Origin: an uncultured Gemmatimonadales bacterium
Lineage (GTDB): Bacteria > Gemmatimonadota > Gemmatimonadetes > Gemmatimonadales > Gemmatimonadaceae
Direction of reading: 5' to 3'
Assembly (NCBI GenBank): GCA_963707505.1
Contig: CAVPQB010000003.1
Span: 736,001-800,000 of the forward strand
DNA length: 64,000 bases
Shown: in pieces, positions 31,191 through 42,617 of the stretch
Numbering within the stretch: the stretch's first letter is position 1
Layout of the letters: every line of letters starts with the position of its first letter
The notes under the pieces: generated by a model
Databases searched by the model: none
Told to the model about the DNA's origin: nothing
The model's input: the letters and a program-made list of their open reading frames with translations, nothing else
Made by a program: the position numbers and the translations under genes

Positions 31191-32162
31191 GTGGAACCCG
31201 GCGTGCGGTACACCAGCCCGTATTCCTTTATCTTCTTGATCAGCGTCGCGCGCGATATTCCAAGCTCGCGCGCAGCGTGCGTGCGATTGAGCTTGTGCGC
31301 ATGGAGCGTGCGATGAATGTGCGCACGCTCGACGTCCATGAGTGTGCGCGGTGTGTGAACGATCCCCGGGCTCTGATCAGCCTGCAACTCGGCCGCAAGA
31401 TGCGCGCACCGCAGCACACTCTCGCCACGGGCAACCATTATGGCGCGCTCGATCGAATTGCGCAGCTCGCGTATGTTGCCTGGCCACGGATACGCGATGA
31501 GGCACTCGATCACATCGTCGTCGAGCGTGCGCGGCGAATCCGCCAGCTCGGTCGATAATGTCAGGAAGGTTGCGGTGATCAGCTCGGCGAGATCGTCGCG
31601 CGAGCGCGCGCGCAGCGGCGGGAGGTGAACCGGTGCAACACCAAGTCGGTAGTACAGATCCTCGCGGAAGCGCCCCGCATTTACCTCGCTCACGAGGTCC
31701 TTGCTCGCAGCGGCAATGACGCGCGCCGATGCAACTTCGCCGTTATCGGCCGGAGCGGTGGCTGCGTCCAGCGTGTGCAGCAGGCGCTCCTGCAGATCGG
31801 TACCGAGATCGCGCTATCTCTTCGATGAGAACGGTGCCGCCGCTCACCAGGTCGAGAAGGCCGGGTGTTTGTCCGCGCAATTCCGGATCGCCGAAAAGCT
31901 CTGCGCCAAGGGTTGTCGCATCCGCCGTCGCACAGTTGATCCTGACGAACGGACGTGCGGCGCGTGTGCTTCTCGAATGAATGTACTGGGCCAGCCGCCC
32001 CTTGCCCGTTCCCGGCTCGCCGATCAACAATGCTGTCGCAGCATCGCTGCGTGCCAGCGCGTCCACCTGTCTCACGAGATCGTGCATGGTGCGCGACGTA
32101 CCCATCAACGGCAGAACCGCATGGTCGTCGGGCTGCAATGTGAGGGAAAGTAAGCGGGCCAC
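31187..32162 (-). CDS. NtrC/Fis-type AAA+ transcriptional regulator lacking GAFTGA (one apparent frameshift, ~31815)
   Basis: GEPGTGKG, PFVRINCA, ELFG, FREDLYYRL, WPGNIRELRN, C-terminal HTH NRTHAARELGISRATL. Confidence 0.78.
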
Positions 32163-32213
32163 GAGAGTAGTTGAGGTGGTCAGGGTTCGCGAGGTGGCTG
32201 TGCTACCTGTGTT

Positions 32214-33143
32214 CTACTGACGATTTATTTGACAGTCTGGTACCAGAAGTCGTGCCGCAAGCGGCTCGACGACCGCGGTAAAAGGAGTGTTTCCAATCAA
32301 TTCGCCGTCCGCCTGCGCCGGAAGCGCGGGCTCCGTCTGCACGATGACACTCTCGCCCCGCATGTAGGTCATCGCTGGATCAGGCCGGAAGTCGCGAAAC
32401 AACAGTTTATAGGTGACTCTCGCAACATCGACCATGGTGACTGGATCGAAGATACACACATCCAGCCTGCCGTCATCCCGGCGAATGCCCTCGCCCAGCG
32501 TCACGAGGCCGTTGAGGAGCACTCCGAAATTGGCTACGAGCACCACGGCGCCCTCGCGCGTCACGGTGTCACCGTCGACGGTCACCGTAGCGGTAAACCT
32601 TCGGCGACGAAGGACGTGGGCGGATCCGGCAACGACGTAGGCCATCACGCCCGCCCGACGCTTCCAGGCTGGCGATGTTCCGGCGATCATCGAGGCATCG
32701 ATTCCCACACCAGCACCGATGACGAACCGCGTGCCGTCGCCCAGGCGTCCGAGATCCACCAGGGCTTCATCGCCCCGGACGAGTGCTTTGATCGCGCGTG
32801 ACACACTCATGGGGATTCCGAGCGCGCGGGCAAGCAGGTTTCCGGTGCCCCCCGGTAAAACCCCGACGGGCGGCCCGCCAGGCGATAGTGCGCCGATCAC
32901 CTCCACGGCGGTTCCGTCGCCGCCAAGCGCGAATACAGCGTCGTAGTCGCGACCCCCAGCTGCCAGGAGCTCGGCGGCATGTCCCCGGCGCTCGGTCACT
33001 ATCACGTCGCACGCAAGCTCCAACTTTGCGAACGTGCTAATCGCGGAGCTGATCGAGCGTGCACCGCGACGTGAGGCGGGGTTCGCTATCAGCAGCACGT
33101 TACGAATCCGCGCGCGGTCGACGCCAGTCCGCGCAGATTGCAT
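32214..33143 (-). CDS. Diacylglycerol/lipid kinase family protein (YegS-like)
   Basis: IANPAS, GGDGT, LPGGTGN, GVGIDA, QADGE. Confidence 0.88.
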   Translation of the reverse strand: MQSARTGVDRARIRNVLLIANPASRRGARSISSAISTFAKLELACDVIVTERRGHAAELLAAGGRDYDAVFALGGDGTAVEVIGALSPGGPPVGVLPGGTGNLLARALGIPMSVSRAIKALVRGDEALVDLGRLGDGTRFVIGAGVGIDASMIAGTSPAWKRRAGVMAYVVAGSAHVLRRRRFTATVTVDGDTVTREGAVVLVANFGVLLNGLVTLGEGIRRDDGRLDVCIFDPVTMVDVARVTYKLLFRDFRPDPAMTYMRGESVIVQTEPALPAQADGELIGNTPFTAVVEPLAARLLVPDCQINRQ

Positions 33144-36100
33144 CAGAAACGCCAGGAGCGGAGGAAGTCGATGCCGAGCTGCGGCGGCGTCTGCTGGAAC
33201 GTCTGCAGCGATCCCGGACGGGAACACAGCAGATCCGTCGTGCCGGGCTCGACGCCGAGCTGCGCGGTGTAGCTCTGACTCAGCCGGTATTCGAGACGAA
33301 GTCCGAGATTGCGCTGAAAGCTCGCAGCGCTACGCAAATTCTCGGCGCAGAATCCGGTGCTGAAGTTGAGAAAGAGATTGTTGTTCAGCTGCTTGCCAAC
33401 GAGAGCGCGAGTGTTGAGCAGATTGCTGTAGAACGTTGCGTTGTCGGCAGTGCCCGGGGCCTGTGGCGCAAGAAGCGCCGGCGTCTGAAGCTCGACGACG
33501 TCGAACACCGATCGCGGAATCGCGCTGCTGATGATGTTGCCTGCGGAGCGTACGGCCACGTTCGCGAGCTGATTGACGTACTGCGCCGAAGTATAATCGA
33601 GCGCGAACGCAGGCTCGCCGGTGATCAGATAGCTGAGAAGATCGGATTGCGACAGCGGCAGGTTATCCGCGCTGGAAAGTGCGAGCGACGGAGCCGAGAG
33701 AGTTCCGCCGATGGTAGCGCGGATTCGAATGTCCTGACCGTTGAGGCTCTGCGCCGGTTTGCGCACCGTATTGATCGCGGTGATGTCGAGTGCCGGATCG
33801 AGATCTGGCGTTCCGAAGAATCGCAACGTGCCCTGCTCCACGTCGAACGTCGGCTGGACGAATGGGACAACGTCCAGACGGTAGGTGCCACGCACGGTGT
33901 TGAGCTGTCCGTCCAGCGCGAGCTGTGAACGCTCGCCGGTGACTGGACTCCTGCCGAGCGTGACATTGAGCGATCCGCCAAGCTTGATGTTCGCTTCGGC
34001 AGACCTCAGCCAGACGTCATCGCCGATGCTGACTGACACGTTATTCAGACGCAGATTCTTCGTGAACTCGCTCGGTGCGGTGGGCAGAATTGCGCGGTTG
34101 CTCGCAACGGTGGTATCCACCACGTCGAGCAGCTCCGGATCGTTGAGATCGACGAGCCGTTTGGTGATCAGCTCGGGGATGTACACGGTGCCACGATCGA
34201 CGCGCACGGCACCAGTTACTGTGGCGCCGGTGTAGGGACCGGTCAGAGAGATGGGCGAGGTGGTGCTGACATCGAGCGACGCGAGACCGCGCCTGTCCAC
34301 TGCGCGGAAGTTCTGCGCCGTCGCCCTGAGCGCGAAGACAGGATTGTCGTACTGCGACAACGCGACGTTCCCAGTGACGTCGAGCGTTCCACGACGCTCG
34401 CGAGTGGTGGTCGCTGAGAGTCTTTTCAGAAATACCGTATCGCCGCTCAGCGCAATGTTCGCATCGAGTCGATCGAGGCGAACGCCCATCGGCGCAATCG
34501 TTGCGGCGCCACTATCGACGACGATGCTGCCGTTCAGATGGGGATGAGCGGTGGTGCCGCTGACGTCAACGTGCGCAGTGAGACCGCCACGAATGTTACT
34601 GACACCGCTTCCAAGGAGCTCTAGCAACGCGAGGCTGAGACCGTCGGTGCGCAGTGATCCGCGAATCGAATCACCAAGGAAGGCGATGTTGCGGATCGCG
34701 ACCGATCCACCGCGCGTGCGTGACAGAATCACGGAGTCGACGGTCACACCGCGCGGGCCAGACTCCAGATGCACCGGCGAGCCCAGCGAGTACGAGTTGA
34801 CCGAATCGACGTCCACACGAGCAGAATCGACCCGGAAGTTCACGGCACCGGAATCGCCGCGCGATAAGTTGCCCGATGCCGAGGCACGCGCCGAACCTGT
34901 TCCAACGAAATCAGCGCGGAACGCTGCTTCGGCACCGTTGCTGATTCGCAGGCCGACGGTGGCCTGATTCACGGGGACGGGGCCGGCGGAAAGAGTATCA
35001 GCCGTCAGTGCGACTACCCCGCTTGGCCTGGCTCCGAGGTCGCGCATCGCGTAGCTGGCGTGGAGGCTGCGCACGCGGGCCGGACCGGCGGTAACGTCGC
35101 GCGCGGCCGCCGTGCCCTGTGCCTGCAATGCTGATGGCGCACCGCTCAGTGTGCCCCTCACCGTGACCGGGCCTGATGACACACTGCTGTGAGCACTTGC
35201 TGCTGGTAACGATCCATCTCCCAGCAGTCGCCGAACGTCATTCAGCGATGCAAGGTCGATCCGAAAATTGAGCGAGCCCGTGCGGTCGGCTGCGGATGCG
35301 ATGGTTCCACGCGCGTGCGCGACGGTACCGCCGGTGGCGAGCATCATCGTGTCGACAGTGATCAGCCCATCGCCGAACCGCACCCTCGCCGACGACGGCA
35401 GCAGAGCGGTATTACTTACCCGCGAGTCGAGCAGCGATGCGGACGCCGACCCGGTAAAGTTGGGCAGCGAATCACCAGTGACGTCGATCGCGTATGTCCC
35501 GTTCAACGACGTGTGCGGGAGCGACTCGTTCCCCAACAGGGTCCGTAGATTCGCATTCGAAATGCTTCCACCGCCATGCGCGCCATAGTCGGGAGGATCC
35601 GCATCTACGCGGCCGTCGAAGGCGAGTGTTCCGCCGTCGCCGGAGAGCGAGGTAGTGAAGCGAAGATCCGGACTCTGACCCTGCACGCGAATTGGCCCAC
35701 TCAGCGATTCGCGCAGAGGGAGATTGACGTAGGACCTGCGCAATGTCTCGAATGCGAGCGGCTGCGCCTGCAAATCGAGATCGTATGTGAGATACAGATC
35801 ACCCCAGGTCACGCGTCCATTGCCTGACACGTGCGACTGCGGACCGTCTCCGTCCTGATGGGTGAGCTGCGCGTTGCTGAAACGCACGTCGAGCCAGCTC
35901 GAGTCGAGCACGGCAGTGCCCGAGACGGTGCCGTTCAGACGTGGGAAGTTCTTGTTGAGATACTGCAGCGTCCGCAGGTCGAGCGTCGCAACGTTCACCG
36001 CAAAGTCGTGGAATTCGGTGAACGCTGGCGAGAAGATGTTGAGTTCGCCCTTGCCGCTCGCGACAGTAACTGCGCCGGGTACGTGAGCGTCCGCGAACCT

Positions 36101-37340
36101 GAGCTGCGAATCCTCGACATGAAATCGAGCGAGGTTGCCACCCGACGCACGCACGGTTCCCGTGATGTCGCCCTGCCAATCATATGGGAATGGCTTGCCG
36201 TTCAACGTTCGGAGTAGATCGAAATTGACAGGCGATGCCGTAAGCGGGACGTCACTCACGATCAGCGTATCTTCACCCGTTGTGAACGTCATGCTCCCAA
36301 GCAGACGCGAGCGCGTCGAGCGTACATCCATGTTGCTGAGCACAAAGTCGGTGAGGTGCGGGTGCTTCGGCTGCGTGCGAATGTCCAGCTCGGTGCTGCC
36401 GGCGCCGGTACGCGGAAGCGTCGGGTAGACCCACGCTATGTCGTTCAGCGACATCGAATCGGCGTGAACATGAACGTCGTATCTGATCGGAAGGTCGCTT
36501 CCCCACACGATCTTTCCCTTCGCCCTTCCGGTCGAAGCCGGAAGGTTGACGCGTGGGACGTCGAGCCATACCGAATCGCCGAGCTGCCGGATTACGCCGG
36601 CCGTGTTCGAGAACAGAAACGGCGGATCAGCCTCGGCTACCTTCAATCCGGTAAAGCGGACCAGCATTCCCGCGGTGTCCGGATTGCTGATTCGCGCCGC
36701 AGGTACGTCGACATCGGCGCCGGTCCAGCGCCACGTTCGAGTGTATCCCTCAGCAGTGCGACGGATCTCGTGGTCCTTGCGTGTCAGCTCGAAATGAATG
36801 GCGCTGTCCAGCGCAGCGCTGTTTCAACCACGGCGCAGGGTGCCACGGCAGTGTGAGTATGAACGTGGCGTTGCGAACGAGCGCGGAGTCCATGACTATG
36901 AATGGACTGGCCTGCTTGGGTTGAAATTTCGCCGGTTTCGATTCGCGAAATACCTGCCGAAAGTTCCAGTCACCGTTCTCATGCTGGCGTATGTACACGA
37001 CCGGATGCTCCGCACGGATGTCGTGCAGCAACACGCGTCGGTCCAACAGATCACGAAGGTCGTAACGCACCGACACGCGTCCTGTTGCAAGGAAAAGTGA
37101 GTCCTGCGAATCGCGAATGGCGATGGAGTCGATGGTGACCCCCGTGAAGAACCCGTCGCTGATGCGCCCCACATACAGCGATCCGTGAATCCTCTGCTTG
37201 AGCGCTGATACGACGAGCCTACGAATCTGTTCGCGGCCGCGATCAGTCTGCGTGATGCCGAGTACGGCGAGCACGGCGAGCGAAAACAGCGTGAGCAGCG
37301 CAGCCGCACTGCCAAGAACGATCCGGCCGCGAAGTGTCAC
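33143..37340 (-). CDS. tamB: Translocation/assembly module TamB-like protein (one apparent frameshift, ~36821)
   Basis: N-terminal TM anchor, long beta-rich body, C-terminal DUF490-like segment (G.LRFFG...PALDITA...IGGTLSAP...LLSYL); adjacent to an Omp85 gene. Confidence 0.75.
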
Positions 37341-37343
37341 GCC

Positions 37344-39611
37344 CTAAAACGCCTGGCCGATTGCGAGGCCGAACGTGAGACGCTGCCCGAACGATCTGTT
37401 CGTGGGCGGTTTGTACCCGGCGCATACGCCGGGCGCCTGCACCGCGACCGGATGCGTGGGATCGGTGTAGTCCGTTGTCACTCTCAGTGTATTACGTGGC
37501 GCAACACACGGAAGCGCACCCGCGTCCGCATTGCTCTCGTAATACAGGGGGCCGACAGGCTGCGGATACGGATCGTAACCGACAACGACACGAACGGGGC
37601 CAACGGGAGTCAGTGCGGCAACCTGAACTCCGGGCGTGACCTTGATCTGATAACCACCGAACGTGCTGGCGCCACCGCGGTTCCACACATCGCCGGCATC
37701 GACAAAGACGCCGAACTGGAGCACATCGGGAAGCACGGGGCTACGAAGGCGCAGCTCGAGATTCGCGACGACCAGACTGTTGCCACCGACCGGAACCACT
37801 CGCTTGGGCTTGGCGGTGCCAAGATAGCGAAAGTACGTGTTGGTCTGTCCGCCGATATCCGGCACGGTCACCGTATCGTACGACGGCGCGATGTAGGTAA
37901 CAGCACCGAGCTCATTCTGCGCGAACCCGCGCACCGAGCTTGGACCACCGGCGTACAATCGCTCCTGCGGCGGAATGAAGCCGGCGTTCGTCTGGAAATT
38001 GCGGCCGAAGACGAGCCCGCCTCGAACGTGCATCGCAAGCACATTGCCGCCACCGATCGCGATGTATCGCGACGTCTCGGCGAGCAGTGTGTTGAATTGC
38101 AATCCGGAGTCCGAGAGCACGAGCGGCGACGCGTGCCGTATCTCGAAGCGAGAAAGAGTCCCCGAGCTGGGCGCGATTGGATCGTTCGTCGCATCGTGCA
38201 CCACGACTGCGTTCACCACGCCGAGCCGCTGGTTCCTCTGAACGCGGTCACGTTCCTCCGCGGTACACAGGTTGAACACGGCGCAGAAGAGCGCGGGTTG
38301 CGATTCCGTTCGACCGAAATCCATGGTGTAGCCAAACGTCACCGGAGTGCGTGCCCAGCGCTGATATTGCAGCGAAGCGACGCCTCCGATCAATGTCGTT
38401 CGCACGTACACCTTGTACTCGCTGACGCGGGACGTATAAGCTGTGAGCGTCGGGACTGTACGCAGTCCGAAGAACACCGGCTGGCGCAGCGTGGCGCCGA
38501 GGTAGTAGTTGAGTTGCTCGCTGTACGGGTCCGCTTTCGCTTGCGGGCAGAGGTCTGGTGCGCCGTTGAGTGGGCGGCCGATGCCGATCTTGGAGACACG
38601 TCCCTGAATCGTCAGGTGCCGCGCACCGTTCAGGAAATTGTAGTCGTCGAGCTCACCCGTGGCGCGAAAGCAGTCCAGCGTACCGTAGCCCCCGCCGAGC
38701 CGCGCGGCGTGCATCGTATTTTCGGCGAGCGCGATGTCCAGGGGTGCGATCGAATCGCGGCCAGTTCGCGAGCCTCCTGCGCTGTCCAGGGCAATCGCGA
38801 CGTGTGTGTAGGCGTCGGTTTGATAGAGCGCGCGCTGCGCATCGATCAGTGCCTGCTCGCGATAGAGAGCGCCGGAGTCGAGGCCAACGATCCGTTTTAC
38901 CGTCCGATCGGAGATATGCTGCTTCTTGTTTCGGGCGGGTGTAACTGCTATCTCCACACCACCAAAGCGTGTGAGCGTTCCCGGTGTGATGGTGAGGGTG
39001 TCGAATGCGACGAGCGCACTGTCTGTGGTCCCGAAGCTGTTGTGCGCAGTGACGGCGGGATAGCCGGCGTTGCGGAGACGTCGCGTCATGAGGTCGATCG
39101 CGGCGTCGATTTTCGTTCGGTCGAAGCGCTGTCCCGGCGCGATTGGAATACCGGCCTTCACGTCACTCGCGTTCGGCAACGAATCGAGGCCCTTGATGAC
39201 GAGAGAGCGAAGTACGGTTGCGTGTCCTTCGTGGATGTTGAACTCTACACGAATGCCGGAACGTCCGGCGGCGATGCGCCCGGTATCAACGGTCACGGCG
39301 GGGAAGCCGCGCCGGCGGTAGAAGAGGATCAGACGCAGTCGATCGTTTCCGAACTCCTGTTCGTCCAGACATCTGCGTGCGGAGAACGGAAGATCGAGGT
39401 AGCGCCGAGCCCACGCGGAGGGCGTAGTTACGATGGCGTTCGCCAGCTCCGCGTCGGTGAATTGGTGATTTCCGTTGAAGTCCAGCCCACGCACCTCGGT
39501 GTCGCCCGCGTGGCAACCAAGGTCCTGTCCCCTGGCGATAGTTGGCAGAGCCAAGCTGGCGGCCAGCACGGTGGCCGCGGTGATTATCCTCTTGATGATG
39601 TCCGCGGTCAC
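37344..39611 (-). CDS. BamA/TamA (Omp85) family outer membrane protein
   Basis: Signal peptide, POTRA (FNGN.FTDAEL), YAGG.SSVRGF, FVDAGDVW, TPVGPVR, C-terminal IGQAF. Confidence 0.88.
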   Translation of the reverse strand: MTADIIKRIITAATVLAASLALPTIARGQDLGCHAGDTEVRGLDFNGNHQFTDAELANAIVTTPSAWARRYLDLPFSARRCLDEQEFGNDRLRLILFYRRRGFPAVTVDTGRIAAGRSGIRVEFNIHEGHATVLRSLVIKGLDSLPNASDVKAGIPIAPGQRFDRTKIDAAIDLMTRRLRNAGYPAVTAHNSFGTTDSALVAFDTLTITPGTLTRFGGVEIAVTPARNKKQHISDRTVKRIVGLDSGALYREQALIDAQRALYQTDAYTHVAIALDSAGGSRTGRDSIAPLDIALAENTMHAARLGGGYGTLDCFRATGELDDYNFLNGARHLTIQGRVSKIGIGRPLNGAPDLCPQAKADPYSEQLNYYLGATLRQPVFFGLRTVPTLTAYTSRVSEYKVYVRTTLIGGVASLQYQRWARTPVTFGYTMDFGRTESQPALFCAVFNLCTAEERDRVQRNQRLGVVNAVVVHDATNDPIAPSSGTLSRFEIRHASPLVLSDSGLQFNTLLAETSRYIAIGGGNVLAMHVRGGLVFGRNFQTNAGFIPPQERLYAGGPSSVRGFAQNELGAVTYIAPSYDTVTVPDIGGQTNTYFRYLGTAKPKRVVPVGGNSLVVANLELRLRSPVLPDVLQFGVFVDAGDVWNRGGASTFGGYQIKVTPGVQVAALTPVGPVRVVVGYDPYPQPVGPLYYESNADAGALPCVAPRNTLRVTTDYTDPTHPVAVQAPGVCAGYKPPTNRSFGQRLTFGLAIGQAF

Positions 39612-39660
39612 AATTGACGCTCTAATGATAGCCCGGTAAGTTCTCGCCTCGCACCCTATA

Positions 39661-41292
39661 ATGTCAACCGTTGCCCATTCGCGAGGATTTCGCCCGTCGC
39701 GCCGTGCCATCCTCGCCGGCCTTTTAGCTCTGTCCGGACTGGCCGGACTGGCCAGTCTTGTAGCGTGCAGCGGGCCCGGCGTGCCGGACCGCCGCACGCT
39801 GATCGACTCCCGGGACAATTACGATCCCAGATCTCTCGATCCGGCCCTTTCGACAGACGTCCCGACGGGGCGCGCGGTGTCCTATGTGTTCGACGGGCTC
39901 ACGCGCTTCACGCCGAAAGCTGCCGTGGTCCCGGACCTCGCAACGTCGTGGGAGTTGGCTTCCGATGGGATAACGTACACGTTCCATCTGCGGACGGGCG
40001 TGCGATTTCATGACGGCACGGGCTTCTCCGCCAATGACGTGAGGCACTCGTGGGAACGGGTGCTCGATCCCGCGACGAGGGGTGGACGCGGATGGCCGCT
40101 GTATCCGATTCGCGGAGCACAGGAGTTCGCCGCCGGAAAGGCGTCGAGCATCGCTGGGCTGGAAGTGGTGGACGACAGCACGGTACGAATCACTCTTACG
40201 GAACCTTTCGCGATCTTTCCCAAGATGCTCGCGATGCCCGCAACAGCGATCGTCCCGAAAGTGACGCCGCCCGATTTTGGGGAGCATCCAATCGGCACCG
40301 GGCCCTGGAAGTTCGTTGCATGGCATCACGATGACTACCTGCTCTTCGCGCGCAATATGCAGTATCACGATGGTGCGCCGCTCGCGGATTCACTCGAGGC
40401 TCGCATCATTCCGGAATTGAGCACTGCGGAGGCGGAGTTCCAGGCAGGCAACGTCGATGTGTTCGAGGTGCCGGCGCAGGAATCACCGTCCTGGCAATCC
40501 AACGAGGAAACACGTCCACTGTTGCAATCGGCGCCTTCGCTCCGGTTGATCTACGGTGCGATCAATACTACCAGAGGTCCGCTGCGCGACGTGCGGGTTC
40601 GACAGGCCATCAATCTCGCAGTAGATCGTGGCATGATCCTGAGACGGCTGATGGGCGGCCGCGGAACACTCGCCGCTGGTGTGATTCCGCCATCGCTCGA
40701 TGGTTTCAATCCCTCACTCGCTGCGTATCCGTATGACACCGCGCGTGCACGCGTTCTACTCAAGGAAGCTGGTTATCCAAACGGGATCGACATCGAGCTG
40801 TGGACATCGCAGAGCGAGCAATTTCCACGCATCGCACAGACGGTCCAGGCTTACCTCGCGCAGGTCGGCATTCGCGTGAAGATCGTTCAGCGCGACGCCT
40901 CGTCGATGCGCGAGGCAGCGCGCAACGGCAAGACAGACATCGCGCTCAAGGACTGGTACGCGGATTATCCTGACGCCGAGAATTTTCTGTATCCGCTATT
41001 GCACAGCAACAACCGCGGGGTGGGTGGCAACGTTTCGTTCTTCAGCAACGCGACGTTCGACAGCGTGGTTTCCAGAGCGCGGCGCGAGCCCGACGATCAG
41101 AAGCGATTCGTGCTGTATCGCGAGGCGGATTCGCTTGCGCACGAACAGGCTCCGATGCTTTTCATGTTCTTCTACACGGAGGTGTACGCGGTACAGCCCT
41201 GGCTCAAGGGGTTCACCGTGCCATCGATCTTCACGGGCGAGCGATGGACCACGGCGCACATCGAGCGACCACCAAAGACAGCGCCGAAATGA
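39661..41292 (+). CDS. Peptide/nickel ABC transporter substrate-binding lipoprotein (family 5)
   Basis: Lipobox LVAC, SLDPA, PDLATSW, FHLR.GVRFHDG, PIGTGPW, VRQAI. Confidence 0.9.
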   Translation: MSTVAHSRGFRPSRRAILAGLLALSGLAGLASLVACSGPGVPDRRTLIDSRDNYDPRSLDPALSTDVPTGRAVSYVFDGLTRFTPKAAVVPDLATSWELASDGITYTFHLRTGVRFHDGTGFSANDVRHSWERVLDPATRGGRGWPLYPIRGAQEFAAGKASSIAGLEVVDDSTVRITLTEPFAIFPKMLAMPATAIVPKVTPPDFGEHPIGTGPWKFVAWHHDDYLLFARNMQYHDGAPLADSLEARIIPELSTAEAEFQAGNVDVFEVPAQESPSWQSNEETRPLLQSAPSLRLIYGAINTTRGPLRDVRVRQAINLAVDRGMILRRLMGGRGTLAAGVIPPSLDGFNPSLAAYPYDTARARVLLKEAGYPNGIDIELWTSQSEQFPRIAQTVQAYLAQVGIRVKIVQRDASSMREAARNGKTDIALKDWYADYPDAENFLYPLLHSNNRGVGGNVSFFSNATFDSVVSRARREPDDQKRFVLYREADSLAHEQAPMLFMFFYTEVYAVQPWLKGFTVPSIFTGERWTTAHIERPPKTAPK

Positions 41293-42206
41293 CGTCGTAC
41301 ATTCTTCGCCGCTTGCTACTGGCGATACCGACGCTGTTCGGTGTGCTGGTCGTCACCTTTCTGCTGTTGTACATCGCGCCCGGTGATCCGGTGCAGGAGA
41401 TGGTGGGCGAGCGCGCGGATTCCGCGACGATAGCGAGGCTGCGCAAGGAATTGCGGTTGGATGAGCCGGTTCTCTCACAGTTCACGCACTACGCCGGCGG
41501 CATCCTTCGCGGCGACCTTGGTACGTCCTACATCACGCGCCGACCGATTCTGAGCGACGTTCTGGAGCGCTTCCCAAAAACACTGCTGCTCGCCGGCACG
41601 GCGATGCTGTTCGCGTCGATAACCGGAATTCTCATAGGTGTTTTGAGCGCGCAACATCCCGGCGGCTGGTTCGACCGAATATCACTTGGCGGCGCATATC
41701 TCGGGATCTCCTTTCCCGTGTATTGGGTGGGATTGCTTCTGATTCTGTTATTCGCGGTAACGCTGCACTGGCTTCCGCCTTCTGGTTACGGAGGAATCCG
41801 TCATCTGATTCTTCCGGCGCTCGCGCTGGGGACACGCTCGGTCGCCTTTCTCGCACGCGTAACGCGCTCTGCGATGCTCGACGTTCTGAATAGTGATTTC
41901 GTGCGTACCGCGAGGGCGAAGGGATTGAGCGAGCGGGCGGTCATCCTCAAGCACGGTCTGCGGAATGCATTGATTCCGGTCATCACGGTCCTTGGCCTCG
42001 ACTTTGGCTATTACCTCACCGGCAGCATACTCACGGAAACCATCTTCAGCTGGCCCGGACTCGGCCGCTACGTCGTCAACGCGATCTCTCGGCGCGACCT
42101 TCCCGCGATTCAGGGAAGCGTGCTGTTTCTGAGCGTGATCTTCGTTCTCGTCAATCTGTTAACCGACCTCGCCTACGCGAAGGCTGACAAGCGCGTGAAT
42201 CTATGA
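41289..42206 (+). CDS. Peptide ABC transporter permease (DppB/OppB-like)
   Basis: [34 protein letters not shown]. Confidence 0.92.
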   Translation: MTSYILRRLLLAIPTLFGVLVVTFLLLYIAPGDPVQEMVGERADSATIARLRKELRLDEPVLSQFTHYAGGILRGDLGTSYITRRPILSDVLERFPKTLLLAGTAMLFASITGILIGVLSAQHPGGWFDRISLGGAYLGISFPVYWVGLLLILLFAVTLHWLPPSGYGGIRHLILPALALGTRSVAFLARVTRSAMLDVLNSDFVRTARAKGLSERAVILKHGLRNALIPVITVLGLDFGYYLTGSILTETIFSWPGLGRYVVNAISRRDLPAIQGSVLFLSVIFVLVNLLTDLAYAKADKRVNL

Positions 42207-42601
42207 CAGACAATCGACAGAATATCTCGAGCGGTGGGCCGTGGGAAGACGTGGTTGGTTACTCGCGCGCAGTACGTACCGGTAACCACGTATTCGTTGC
42301 CGGCACGACGGCAGTTGGTGCGGACGGAAAGATCGTCGGCGACGGAGATGCTTACGCGCAGACAGTGCAGGCGCTGCGCACGATCGAAACCGCTCTGCAG
42401 AAGGCCGGCGCGAAATTATCCGACGTCGTGCGCACACGCATGTTCGTAACGGACATATCGAACTGGGAAGCGATCGGCCGCGCGCATGGAGAATTCTTCC
42501 GCGACATCCGGCCCGCAGCGACGATGGTTGAAGTGAGCCGGCTGATAGATCCGGCGATGCTCATCGAGATCGAGGCGGATGCGGTGATCACCGCCCTCTA
42601 G
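42203..42601 (+). CDS. RidA/YjgF family protein
   Basis: [34 protein letters not shown]. Confidence 0.9.
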   Translation: MTDNRQNISSGGPWEDVVGYSRAVRTGNHVFVAGTTAVGADGKIVGDGDAYAQTVQALRTIETALQKAGAKLSDVVRTRMFVTDISNWEAIGRAHGEFFRDIRPAATMVEVSRLIDPAMLIEIEADAVITAL

Positions 42602-42617
42602 CAGGCAACGCTGAAGC

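Noticed and set aside
37452..39617. 721-aa plus-strand ORF
   Set aside because: Antisense shadow of the Omp85 gene; no recognisable motifs
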